From: Myxococcota bacterium
GTDB taxonomy: Bacteria > Myxococcota_A > UBA9042 > PHBI01 > JAWLBL01
DNA: 64,000 nt
Reading direction: 5' to 3'
Assembly (NCBI GenBank): GCA_041687695.1
Contig: JAWLBL010000018.1
Coordinates: forward strand, 64,001-128,000
Shown here: positions 9,782-18,446 of the stretch, in pieces
How the letters are laid out: every line of letters starts with the position of its first letter
Numbering within the stretch: the stretch's first letter is position 1
Notes under the pieces: model-generated
Databases searched by the model: none
What the model was told of the DNA's origin: nothing
What the model saw: the letters and a program-made list of their open reading frames with translations, nothing else
Made by a program: the position numbers and the translations under genes

Positions 9782-10783
9782 ATGAAGGCCATCATCCAGA
9801 CCCGCTACGGTGCCCCCGACGTCCTGACCCTGGCCGAGGCCGATCGTCCCACCACGGGTGACCACGACGTGCTCGTGCAGGTCGCCGCCAGCCCGGTGAC
9901 TCAGGGCGACCGCCGCCTGCGCGCGGCCGACTTCCCGGGTATCGCCTGGCTCCCCGGACGCATGATGATGGGCCTGCTGCGCCCGAAGAATCGCGTGCCG
10001 GGCACGGTCTTCGCCGGGACGGTCGCGGCCGTCGGCGCCTCGGTGACCCGCTTCGCGCCGGGCGACACCGTGTTCGGCATGTGTTCGGCCGGCGCGCAGG
10101 CCGAGTACGTCGCCGTGGCCGAGGACGGCGTCATCGCCCGCGTCCCGGCGTGCCTGGACCTCGCCGAGGCGGCCGCCCTCCCCTATGGCGCGCTGAGCGC
10201 GCTGACCTTCCTGCGCGACCTCGGGCAGGTGCAGCCCGGGCAGCAGGTGCTGGTGGTCGGGGCCGCCGGCGGCGTCGGCCGCTACGCGGTGCAGCTCGCC
10301 CGGCATCTGGGCGCCACGGTGACCGGCGTCTGCAGCACCGCCGACGTCGCGCTGGTCCGCGGCCTCGGCGCGCACCATGTCATCGATTATCGCGACGAGG
10401 ACTTCACGGATCGGGCAGGCCGAGGCTACGACGTCATCCTCGACACGTCGGGCACCGCACGTTTTCGCACCAGCCGCCGCGTGCTGACCCCGACCGGGCG
10501 CTTCCTCTCGCTCGAGATGAGCGCGGGGCTGTTCGCACACATGGCCTGGACGGCGCTGCGCGGTGGGCAGCGGGCGATCTTCGGGATCTCGCAGCCGACC
10601 GCCGCCGACCTCGAGACCATTGGCGCGCTCGTCGACGCGGGCGCCCTGTCGCCCACCCTCGATAGCACCTTCCCACTGGCGCTCACCGCCGAGGCCCATG
10701 CGCGCGTCGAGCGTCACCGCCCGCGCGGCGAGGTCGTGGTCACGGTGGCCCCTCCGGTCGCGGCGCTGCGTGCCGCCGCGTGA
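9782..10783 (+). CDS. NAD(P)-dependent MDR-family oxidoreductase (quinone oxidoreductase/alcohol dehydrogenase-like)
   Basis: MKAIIQTRYGAPDVL start, GroES-like N-domain, GAAGGVG Rossmann motif, LGAHHVIDY. RBS GGAG upstream. Confidence 0.92.
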   Translation: MKAIIQTRYGAPDVLTLAEADRPTTGDHDVLVQVAASPVTQGDRRLRAADFPGIAWLPGRMMMGLLRPKNRVPGTVFAGTVAAVGASVTRFAPGDTVFGMCSAGAQAEYVAVAEDGVIARVPACLDLAEAAALPYGALSALTFLRDLGQVQPGQQVLVVGAAGGVGRYAVQLARHLGATVTGVCSTADVALVRGLGAHHVIDYRDEDFTDRAGRGYDVILDTSGTARFRTSRRVLTPTGRFLSLEMSAGLFAHMAWTALRGGQRAIFGISQPTAADLETIGALVDAGALSPTLDSTFPLALTAEAHARVERHRPRGEVVVTVAPPVAALRAAA

Positions 10784-10828
10784 GACCGACGCTTCGAACC
10801 GCCCAAGGCAGCGTGGGCGGCTGGAGGC

Positions 10829-11584
10829 TCAGGTCCGGCGGCGGCGCAGGATGACGGCGAGCGCACCCAGCAAGGCCGCCCACGCTCCAGCCCCTCCAGC
10901 GCCCGCGCCGCAGCCTTGGGCCGAGCCGACGTCGGCCGGGCCGGTCTGCGTGACGCCGCCCTGCTCGACGGTGGGGGTCGGACCGCGGACCTCGTCGTCG
11001 TCGGAGGGCGTGTCCCCCTCGGGCGGCGCCTCGGCCGCCGCGTCGTCGCCCGGGGTGTCGCTCTCGACGGGGCCGACGTCGGCGCTGGCCGCCGCGTCCT
11101 GGTCCGTCGTGCCCATGAAGCCGTCGTCCGTCGCGCCCGCGTCTTCGCCGCTCGGCGGGACGAAGGTGGCCGGCGGCCCGCCCGCGTTGGCCGACACGCA
11201 GTCGTACCAGCCGTTGTCGGCGTCCCAGCCGCACGCCTCGCCCTCGCCGCAGGTCTGCACGGCCAGCTCGCCCCGCTCGGTGCACCACACGACGTTGTTG
11301 CCGGTCGTGCAGGCGCCCTCGGGCGGGACGTCCGCGCACGCGGTCATCGCCTTGTCGATGCAGCCGTAGCCGCCGCCGAAGGCCTCGTGCTTGGCGCAGA
11401 TCTCGTCCTCGGGGCAGGTCGCCGTCACCACGGCGCCGTTCGAGCACCACTGGACCGTCTGGCCGTCCAGGCACTTGCCGGTCTCGGGGACGCCCATACA
11501 GGCGCCCGCGTGGGCCGGCGCGGCCGCGAGGGTCAAGCCGAAGGCGAGCCCGACGCCGGCCAGGGTCTTACCGAAATTGCGCAT
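10829..11584 (-). CDS. Secreted Cys-rich protein with MYXO-CTERM-like C-terminal anchor
   Basis: Signal peptide (..APAHA), two Cys-rich repeats (GxC....V.WC), acidic linker, and a C-terminal GC + hydrophobic helix + RRRRT. Confidence 0.8.
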   Translation of the reverse strand: MRNFGKTLAGVGLAFGLTLAAAPAHAGACMGVPETGKCLDGQTVQWCSNGAVVTATCPEDEICAKHEAFGGGYGCIDKAMTACADVPPEGACTTGNNVVWCTERGELAVQTCGEGEACGWDADNGWYDCVSANAGGPPATFVPPSGEDAGATDDGFMGTTDQDAAASADVGPVESDTPGDDAAAEAPPEGDTPSDDDEVRGPTPTVEQGGVTQTGPADVGSAQGCGAGAGGAGAWAALLGALAVILRRRRT

Positions 11585-11659
11585 GAACACCTTTGTGCCG
11601 ATCCGACGACGCGATTCGAAGTCTAGCCAGCGCGCGCCGCTGAGATCAAAAGCGCGTGC

Positions 11660-12826
11660 TCAGAGCGTGACCGCGCAGAAGGCCTCGTAGTCCACCAGCT
11701 CGGTGATGGTCCGGTGCTCGCTGCAGACGGGGCAGCGCGGATCCTTGCGGATCTTCAGCTCGCGGAAGCTCATCTTCAGGGCGTCGAAGCTGACCAGACG
11801 CCCGACCAGCGGGTCGCCGGCGCCGAGCAGGAGCTTTTGCACCTCGACGGCCTGCATGGTGCCCACGACGCCGCAGATGGCCCCCAGCACGCCCGCCTCG
11901 GCACAGCTCGGCGCCAGCTCGGGCGGCGGCGGCTCGGGGTACAGGCAGCGGTAGCACGGCCCACCGGGCGCGCCGAAGATCGTGCACTGCCCGTCGAAGT
12001 GGAAGATGGACCCGTGGACGTTGGGGATGCCCAGGAACACGCAGGCGTCGTTGATGAGGTAGCGGGTCGGGAAGTTGTCCGTCCCGTCGACGACCAGGTC
12101 GTAGTCCCGGAAGATCTCCATCACGTTCGAGCTGTCGAGGCGCGTCTGGTAGGTGCGCACCTCGACGTCGCTGTTGAGGCGCCGCAGCGTCTCCTTGGCG
12201 GACTCGACCTTGGGCACGCCGACGGTCTTCTCGTTGTGCAGGATCTGCCGCTGCAGGTTGGTCAGATCCGCCTTGTCGTTGTCGATGATGCCGATGGTGC
12301 CGATGCCCGCGGCCGCGAGGTACAGGGTCGTCGGCGAGCCCAGCCCCCCCGCGCCCACGCACAGCACCTTGGCATTGAGCAGCTTGGCCTGCCCCTCCTC
12401 GCCCACCTGCGGCAGGATCATCTGCCGCGAGTAGCGGCTCATCTGCTCGCGCGTCAGCCGCCGCGGGTGGTCCAGCGGCAGCCCCGCCCGGCTCCACGCC
12501 CCGACCCCGCCGGCCACGCTGACCACGTCCGCGTAGCCCAGCTCCTGCAGGCTCAGCGCCGCCAGCGCGCTGCGTGTCCCGCCCGCGCAGTAGATCGCCA
12601 CCGGCGCCGCCCGGTCGGGCACCAGCCCCTCGATCTTCAGCTCGACGAACCCGCGCGGGATGGTCTTGGCGCCCGGGACGATGCCGTTGTCGACCTCGTC
12701 CGGCTCGCGCACGTCGATGACCGTCAGCGCTTCGCCCGCGTCGAGCTTGGCCTTCAGATCGTGGACCGAGATCTCTCGGATGCGCGCCTTGGCCTGCGCG
12801 AGGTAGTCCTGGAACGACGTCGCCAT
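11660..12826 (-). CDS. moeB: Rhodanese-MoeB/ThiF adenylyltransferase/sulfurtransferase
   Basis: N-terminal rhodanese (DVRE, YCAGGTRS), then RYSRQ, GAGGLGSP, NLQRQ, DGTDNF, CYRCL, SCAEAGVLG, CPVC. Confidence 0.93.
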   Translation of the reverse strand: MATSFQDYLAQAKARIREISVHDLKAKLDAGEALTVIDVREPDEVDNGIVPGAKTIPRGFVELKIEGLVPDRAAPVAIYCAGGTRSALAALSLQELGYADVVSVAGGVGAWSRAGLPLDHPRRLTREQMSRYSRQMILPQVGEEGQAKLLNAKVLCVGAGGLGSPTTLYLAAAGIGTIGIIDNDKADLTNLQRQILHNEKTVGVPKVESAKETLRRLNSDVEVRTYQTRLDSSNVMEIFRDYDLVVDGTDNFPTRYLINDACVFLGIPNVHGSIFHFDGQCTIFGAPGGPCYRCLYPEPPPPELAPSCAEAGVLGAICGVVGTMQAVEVQKLLLGAGDPLVGRLVSFDALKMSFRELKIRKDPRCPVCSEHRTITELVDYEAFCAVTL

Positions 12827-12925
12827 GGTGACCTTGCCCTCCGAATGGGGACCCACGGGGTCCGACAGGGGCAGGGAAGGTAGCCACTGGCGCGCCCCGA
12901 AGCAACCGGGCTATGGTCGCGCCCC

Positions 12926-14617
12926 ATGGACACGGCCCACCCGCAGCACCGCTACCTCCGGCCGCCGCCCTGGGCCGCCGCGCCCCCCGACCCGGCCCCG
13001 GCCGACCCCGACCGGCTCCCCCTCGACCGCCTGGCCGCCGCGCCCTCCCCCTCTCCCGCCGCCCGCGCCGCCGCCGCCGCCGTCGACCCCTTCGCCGCCC
13101 CCGACCCGGCCGCCGCCACCCTGCGCCGCGCCGTCGCCGCCGCCCGCGCCCTCCCCGCCGCCTCCGTCTTCCCGACCGCCGGCGCCCGCGACGCCCTCGC
13201 CCTCATCACCCGCACCTGGCTCCGCCCCGGCGACCGCGTCGCCGTCGCCCTCCCCGACGCCGCCCCCGCCCTGCCCCTCATCCTGGCCGCCGGCGCCGCC
13301 TACGTCGACGTCGGCCGCGACGCCGCCTTCGCCCTCCGCGACGACGCCCTGACCCGCGTCCTCGCCGACCAGCCCATCCGCATGGTCCTCCTCGGCGCCC
13401 CGCCCCTCCCCGCCGGCCCCCCTCCCTCGCCGGCCCTCCTCGCCGCCCTCGCCGCCCGCCCGCTCCTGCTCGTCCTCGACGCCTCCGCCGCCCCCTACGC
13501 CTCCGCCGCCCCCGTCGACCCCGCCTGGGTCGCCGCCCTCCCCAACGTCCTGCTCGTCGAGACCGCCACCCTCTGGGGCGGCCTCGCCGGCGCCAAGGCC
13601 GGCTGGGTCCTCGCCCACCCCGATCGCGTCGCCGACCTCTGGCGCCTGCGCCCCTCCGCCGCCCTCTCTCCCGCCGCCGAGGCCGCCGCCGCCGCCACCC
13701 TGGCCGACCCCGCCCCGGTCGCCGCCCGCGTGGCCGCCACCAACGCCGCCCGCGACGCCCTCGCCCTCGCCCTGTCCGCCCTGCCCGGCCTGCAGCTCGC
13801 CCCGGCCTCCGGGCCCGCCCTCCTGGTCCGCCGCCCCGGCGTCGACGCCCAGCCGTTGGCCGCCGCCCTGTCCGACCACGGCCTCGCCGTCGCCACCGAC
13901 CCCCACCCCGCCTGGCGCGACGGCGTCCGCCTGGCCATCCCCGCCGCCCCCCAGATCCCCCGCGTCGTCGCCGCCTTCCGCCGCGCCCTCGCCGCCCTGC
14001 CCGTCGCCCTGTGCCTGGCCCTGGCCCTGCCCTTCGCCGGTTGCCGCGACGCTCAGCCCACGGCCCCGCCGCCGGCCGCCCCCGCGCCCTCCCCCAGCGC
14101 GCCGGCCGCCCCCGCGCCCTCCCCCAAGCCGCTGGTCGCCTCGCCCCCCCAGGGCCCCGCGCCCGATCCCTCCACCATCCCGCCCGACCTCCGCAAGCGC
14201 CTCAACGCCCCGGTCGTCGTCGGCGGCTGCGGCCCCCACTGCGCCACCGCCGAGGACGCCCTCACCGGCTTCCTCGCCTCGCTGGCCGCCCCCGACGCCG
14301 GCGTCCGCCTCGCCCGCCACCTCGACACCTCGACCCTGGTCCTCGACGGCCAGCCGGTCGGCGACGCCCTGGCCGACCTCTGGCTCGCCGGCCGCCTCCC
14401 CGAACGCCAGGCCCGCGTCGACGCCCTGGTCGCCGACCTCCGCGCCTCCGCCGCCGGCGCCTCCGAGGGCGCCCTGGTCGAGGCCTCCAACCAGGCCCAC
14501 CTCGAGGCCCAGCCCAGCCGCGCCACGGCGACCGTCACCCTGCCCTCCGGCGCCACCTGGCGGGTCGCCTTGCACCGCCGCGGGCTCGAGTGGCTGGTCA
14601 AGGAAGTGAAAAGGTGA
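12926..14617 (+). CDS. Degenerate class I/II (HisC/CobD-like) aminotransferase-fold protein fused to a TM/lipobox, Pro-rich linker and extra domain
   Basis: Fold landmarks GARDAL, PGDRVAV, VLDA, GLAGAKAGW and VRLAI are present but the PLP Lys position is not K. C-terminal LALALPFAGC + PAP linker. Confidence 0.6.
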   Translation: MDTAHPQHRYLRPPPWAAAPPDPAPADPDRLPLDRLAAAPSPSPAARAAAAAVDPFAAPDPAAATLRRAVAAARALPAASVFPTAGARDALALITRTWLRPGDRVAVALPDAAPALPLILAAGAAYVDVGRDAAFALRDDALTRVLADQPIRMVLLGAPPLPAGPPPSPALLAALAARPLLLVLDASAAPYASAAPVDPAWVAALPNVLLVETATLWGGLAGAKAGWVLAHPDRVADLWRLRPSAALSPAAEAAAAATLADPAPVAARVAATNAARDALALALSALPGLQLAPASGPALLVRRPGVDAQPLAAALSDHGLAVATDPHPAWRDGVRLAIPAAPQIPRVVAAFRRALAALPVALCLALALPFAGCRDAQPTAPPPAAPAPSPSAPAAPAPSPKPLVASPPQGPAPDPSTIPPDLRKRLNAPVVVGGCGPHCATAEDALTGFLASLAAPDAGVRLARHLDTSTLVLDGQPVGDALADLWLAGRLPERQARVDALVADLRASAAGASEGALVEASNQAHLEAQPSRATATVTLPSGATWRVALHRRGLEWLVKEVKR

Positions 14618-14690
14618 AAAGGGGTCAGGTCTAATCATTTGTCATTTTCCGGCACGGAAAATGACAAATGATTAGACCTGACCCCTTTTC
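14616..14690. repeat. Perfect inverted repeat with 36-bp arms and a 3-nt loop (REPIN-like element; possible bidirectional terminator)
   Basis: GAAAAGGGGTCAGGTCTAATCATTTGTCATTTTCCG-GCA-CGGAAAATGACAAATGATTAGACCTGACCCCTTTTC, between convergent genes. Confidence 0.95.
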
Positions 14691-14695
14691 TTCTT

Positions 14696-16075
14696 CTACT
14701 TGCCGATACAGAACGCCGCGAAGAGCCGGTCCAGCACGTCCTCGATGGTGGTCAGCCCGACCAGCTCGGCCAGCGCGTCGGTGGCTTCCTGCACGTCGAC
14801 CGCCACCAGCTCGGGCGGCAGCCCCTGCACCAGCCCCTCGGCCGCCCGCGCCAGCGCCTCGGCCGCCGTCGTCAGCGCCACCCGGTGCCGCTCCCGCGCG
14901 ATGGTCAGCCCGCCTCCGCCCGCCGCCGCCCCGCCCAGCGCCCGCACCATCGCCTCGCGCAGCGCCTCCAGCCCTTCGCCGCTCACCGCGCTGACCCGCA
15001 CCCCGCCCGGCGCGGTCCTCGCCCCGGGCAGGTCCGCCTTGGTCGTCACCAGCACCGTCGGCACGTCCGCCGGCAGCCCCGCCCGCAACCCCTCGGCCTC
15101 CGCCGCCGCGTCGCCCTCCCCCGACCCGTCCAGCACGACCAGCACCAGCTCGGCCTGCGCCGCCTGCCGGTGCGTCCGCTCGACCCCCGCCGCCTCGACC
15201 ACGTCCAGCGCCTCGCGCACCCCGGCCGTGTCCACCACGACCACCGGCACGCCCAGCACGTCGACCGCCTCCTCCAGCGTGTCCCGCGTCGTCCCCGGCA
15301 GCGCCGTCACGATGGCCCGGTCCGCCCCGCACAGCGCGTTGAACAGGCTGCTCTTGCCCGCGTTCGGCGCCCCCAGCAGCACCACTCGCGCCCCGTCGCG
15401 CAGCAGGTGCCCGCGCCGCCAGGTCCCCGCCAGCCCCGCCAGCTCGGCCCCCAGCGCCCGCGCCTCGGCCGCCAGCCCCGCCGGGTCCATCAGCGGCACG
15501 TCCTCCTCGACGAAGTCGATGTTCACCTCCAGCCGCGCCCGCAGCCCCAGCAGCCGCTCGCGCGCCCCCATCGCCGCCTCGTACAGCGCCCCGCGCAGGT
15601 GCTCGCGCGCCAGCCGCAGCGCCCGCTCCGTCTGCGCCGTCACCATGTCGGCGATGGCCTCGGCCCGCGTGAGATCGATGCGCCCGTTCAGGAACGCCCG
15701 CCGCGTGAACTCGCCCGCCTCGGCCAGCCGCGCGCCCGCCTCCAGGCACACCGCCAGGCACTGCCGCAGGTTCAGCGCCCCCCCGTGCACGTGCAGCTCG
15801 ACCACGTCCTCGCCCGTGAACGAGCGCGGCCCCGGCATCACGACCAGCAGCCCCTCGTCCAGCGCGCGCCCGGCCGCGTCGCGCCACCACCCGTGGTACA
15901 GCCGCCGTGCCTCGACCCGCCGCGGCAGCCCGCGGAAGTGTCGCCGCGCGATGGCCACCGCCTCGGGCCCGCTCATCCGCACGATCCCGACCCCGCCACC
16001 GGCCGCGCTGGCGACCGCCGCGATGGTGTCTACCCCCTGCTCCGAACCCTGCTCCGACCCGCGCGATGGTTTCAT
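14696..16075 (-). CDS. mnmE: tRNA modification GTPase MnmE (TrmE)
   Basis: DTIAA, GVGIVRMSG, SFTGEDVVELHVHGG, GEFTRRAFLNGRIDL, GAPNAGKSS, GTTRD, DTAG, and C-terminal FCIGK. Confidence 0.97.
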   Translation of the reverse strand: MKPSRGSEQGSEQGVDTIAAVASAAGGGVGIVRMSGPEAVAIARRHFRGLPRRVEARRLYHGWWRDAAGRALDEGLLVVMPGPRSFTGEDVVELHVHGGALNLRQCLAVCLEAGARLAEAGEFTRRAFLNGRIDLTRAEAIADMVTAQTERALRLAREHLRGALYEAAMGARERLLGLRARLEVNIDFVEEDVPLMDPAGLAAEARALGAELAGLAGTWRRGHLLRDGARVVLLGAPNAGKSSLFNALCGADRAIVTALPGTTRDTLEEAVDVLGVPVVVVDTAGVREALDVVEAAGVERTHRQAAQAELVLVVLDGSGEGDAAAEAEGLRAGLPADVPTVLVTTKADLPGARTAPGGVRVSAVSGEGLEALREAMVRALGGAAAGGGGLTIARERHRVALTTAAEALARAAEGLVQGLPPELVAVDVQEATDALAELVGLTTIEDVLDRLFAAFCIGK

Positions 16076-16111
16076 GGCGCGCCAACCTAGCACCAAGTAG
16101 ACTCTGCCGGC

Positions 16112-16681
16112 ATGGACAACCGGGGCGAAGAGCTGTTCGACGACGCGCTGGACGCCCTCGACGAGGGCGCGCTGGTCAAGGCCTGCCGCCTGCTCGAGCA
16201 GGTCGTCGCCCTGGACCCCACGGACGTCGAGGCGGCCAACCTGCTGGCCCGCACCTACCGCGACCGCGAGCAGCCCGAGGTCGCCGAGCGCACCCTGGCG
16301 CGGCTGTGCGAGGTCGTCGTCGACGACGTGCCGAGCCTCATCGAGTTGGCCGACGTGCGCCTGGCGCTGGGCGACCCGCGTGGGGCCTCGGTGCCCATCC
16401 GGCGGGCCCTGATGCTGCAGCCCAACAACGCCGAGGTGCTGTCGCTGTTGGGCAACGCCTTCCAGGATCTGGGCCACCGTGACGAGGCCGCGCGCGCCTA
16501 CCAGGCCAGCCTCGACTCCAACCCCTTCGCGGGCGAGGTCTGGTACAACCTGGCGCTGGTCCACGACCAGCGCGGCGACACGATGGCCGCCGCCCAGGCG
16601 TGGCGTTCGTTCCTCAGCTGCGGCCCGGACGACGAGGACCGGGCCTTCGCTCTGGCCGAGCTGGCGCGACTAGAAAGCTAG
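16112..16681 (+). CDS. TPR repeat protein
   Basis: Repeated TPR consensus (LGNAFQDLG..EAARAY..SL..NP, WYNLALV). Confidence 0.85.
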   Translation: MDNRGEELFDDALDALDEGALVKACRLLEQVVALDPTDVEAANLLARTYRDREQPEVAERTLARLCEVVVDDVPSLIELADVRLALGDPRGASVPIRRALMLQPNNAEVLSLLGNAFQDLGHRDEAARAYQASLDSNPFAGEVWYNLALVHDQRGDTMAAAQAWRSFLSCGPDDEDRAFALAELARLES

Positions 16682-16974
16682 CCCTCGTCGCTGGCCTCGA
16701 GCCAGCGGGTCAGCACCTCGACCAGCTGCCGCGCCTGATCGTCGCTCGAGATGTTGAACTTGGCCTGCTGGCGGTAGACCCCGTCGCGCTTCTGGTAGCG
16801 GCGGATGGTGTACTTGGACTTGCTCATCTCTTCTTTGCGGCGATCCCACTCGCGGTACTTGAAGAGGATGGTGGTCCACGAGCCCTTCGAAAGGATGGCC
16901 TTGTCTAGCTCCTCGACCAGGACCTGGCCGCCCTCTTCATAGGTGACGGACAGATCTTCGGCGTTCTCGACCAT
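16678..16974 (-). CDS. Small basic hypothetical protein (possible PC4-like ssDNA-binding fold)
   Basis: 98 aa with coding-like codon usage. Beta-rich basic/aromatic segment (WTTILFKYREW..YTIRRYQKR..FNIS) followed by a C-terminal helix. Confidence 0.7.
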   Translation of the reverse strand: MVENAEDLSVTYEEGGQVLVEELDKAILSKGSWTTILFKYREWDRRKEEMSKSKYTIRRYQKRDGVYRQQAKFNISSDDQARQLVEVLTRWLEASDEG

Positions 16975-17016
16975 GTGCTGGGGTCCTGTCGGCAGGTGGG
17001 GCCCTGAGGGCCAGGG

Positions 17017-18237
17017 TCAGATCAGGAGGAAGGCGGCGGCGGCGGCCGCGGCGACGGCGAGGGCGACGCCGACCAGCGCGAGCTTGGGCCAGCCCGCCTT
17101 CTGTTCGGTCGTCCGGAACTTGAACTGGGGCTGCAGCTGGGTCGGCGACTTGCCGGCGGCCCGGCGGGCGGCGGCGGCGGCGGCGGCGGCGGCGGCCGCG
17201 TCGGCGGAGACCTGTGAGGTGGGGCGGGTGACGATGGTCGCGGAGCGGGCGGTGGACATGGTGGGCTCGGCGACGACCTCGGCGACGGCGGCCGGATCGG
17301 TGACCGGGCGGGGCTCGCCGTTGAGGACGGCGATCGCCTCGGCCGGATCGCCGGCGGCGTCGAGCGCGTCGAGGAAGGCCTCATACGGCTTGAAGGGGCT
17401 GTTGCCCAGCGAGATCGAGATCTGCTCGGCCGGCTTGTCGGCCGCCCAGGCCGCGACCATGTCGAAGGTCGGGAACGACAGCACCAGCCCGGAGCGCATG
17501 CGCATGCGCCAGATGGTCGAGTCGCGCCGCGGGCCCGTGTCGTCGCCCGACGACGGGACGATGGGATCGGCCGGCGGGACGGCCCCCACCTGACCCACCG
17601 GCTCGTTCATCGGCTGCGGGGCGATCGGCGGGGCGGTGACCTGCGGCGGCGCGGGGGCGGGCTCGGGACGGGGCGCCGCGGGGGTCGGCTGCGGGCGCGC
17701 GGCCGCAGCGTTGCTGGTCGGCGCCTTCAGCCCGCCGAAGCCGCCGCCGCCGGCCATCATCTCCTCGAGCAGCCCGGCCGGCAGCTGCATCTCCATCGTG
17801 GCGGCGCCCTCTTCCATCGGGCCCGCCTCGAACCCGCCGTCGCCGTCACCGTCGAACGAGTCGTCGACGGTGGTGTCCCCGGCGATCTTGTACGAACCCA
17901 GCCTGTCGGTGCTCTTGGGCGTCCGCGGCGCCGGCGGCTGGCGCGAGCTGGGCATGGACAGCCCGCCCAGGCCGGCCTTCAGCTCGCTCGCGAGCTGCGT
18001 CGGCAGCTCGATCTCCATGGTCGCGCCCCCCTCCTCGGCGGGGCCGGGCGCGGCCACGGGCGGGCTCTTCACGGCGGCCATGGCGGGCTGGGTCGCGGCC
18101 TTGACGGCGGCCTTGACCGACGAGGTCACCGGCTGCGAGGCCCCGCAGGTCGGGCAGGCGACGCTGCTGGCGTTGACCAGGCGAGCGCCATCGACCTGGA
18201 AGGTGCCCCAACAGCTGACGCAGATGAAATCCTTCAC
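17017..18237 (-). CDS. Zinc-ribbon / low-complexity / GYF-like protein with C-terminal membrane anchor
   Basis: N-terminal CVSC...CPTC, Pro/Ala-rich linker, WRMRMRSG...W...ISLG..F.P (GYF_2-like), hydrophobic C-terminus. Confidence 0.7.
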   Translation of the reverse strand: MKDFICVSCWGTFQVDGARLVNASSVACPTCGASQPVTSSVKAAVKAATQPAMAAVKSPPVAAPGPAEEGGATMEIELPTQLASELKAGLGGLSMPSSRQPPAPRTPKSTDRLGSYKIAGDTTVDDSFDGDGDGGFEAGPMEEGAATMEMQLPAGLLEEMMAGGGGFGGLKAPTSNAAAARPQPTPAAPRPEPAPAPPQVTAPPIAPQPMNEPVGQVGAVPPADPIVPSSGDDTGPRRDSTIWRMRMRSGLVLSFPTFDMVAAWAADKPAEQISISLGNSPFKPYEAFLDALDAAGDPAEAIAVLNGEPRPVTDPAAVAEVVAEPTMSTARSATIVTRPTSQVSADAAAAAAAAAAARRAAGKSPTQLQPQFKFRTTEQKAGWPKLALVGVALAVAAAAAAAFLLI

Positions 18238-18446
18238 GCGGCCCCACGCCTCTCAGTCGGGAAGGCCCCAGAGCCTTCCCCCGGCCCCGGCCGTCCTCCG
18301 TCGCGGCACGTTCGCCGCATCGACCCGGCTTCTGTAGCACGCCCCCCGCCAGCCTCGCAAACACCGAGACCCGGCCGCGCCATCGTCGCCCGTGACCGCG
18401 CGACCCTCTGGCGACCGCGCCCCCGGCCGCGTTACTCTGCATCGCC

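Noticed and set aside
11625..11662. Possible sigma54 promoter upstream of the MYXO-CTERM gene (GAGCACG...TTTGA on - strand)
   Set aside because: Lacks the conserved GG(-24) and GC(-12) dinucleotides.
16035..16060. 12-bp duplication encoding GSEQGSEQG at the MnmE N-terminus
   Set aside because: Trivial slippage in a disordered leader.
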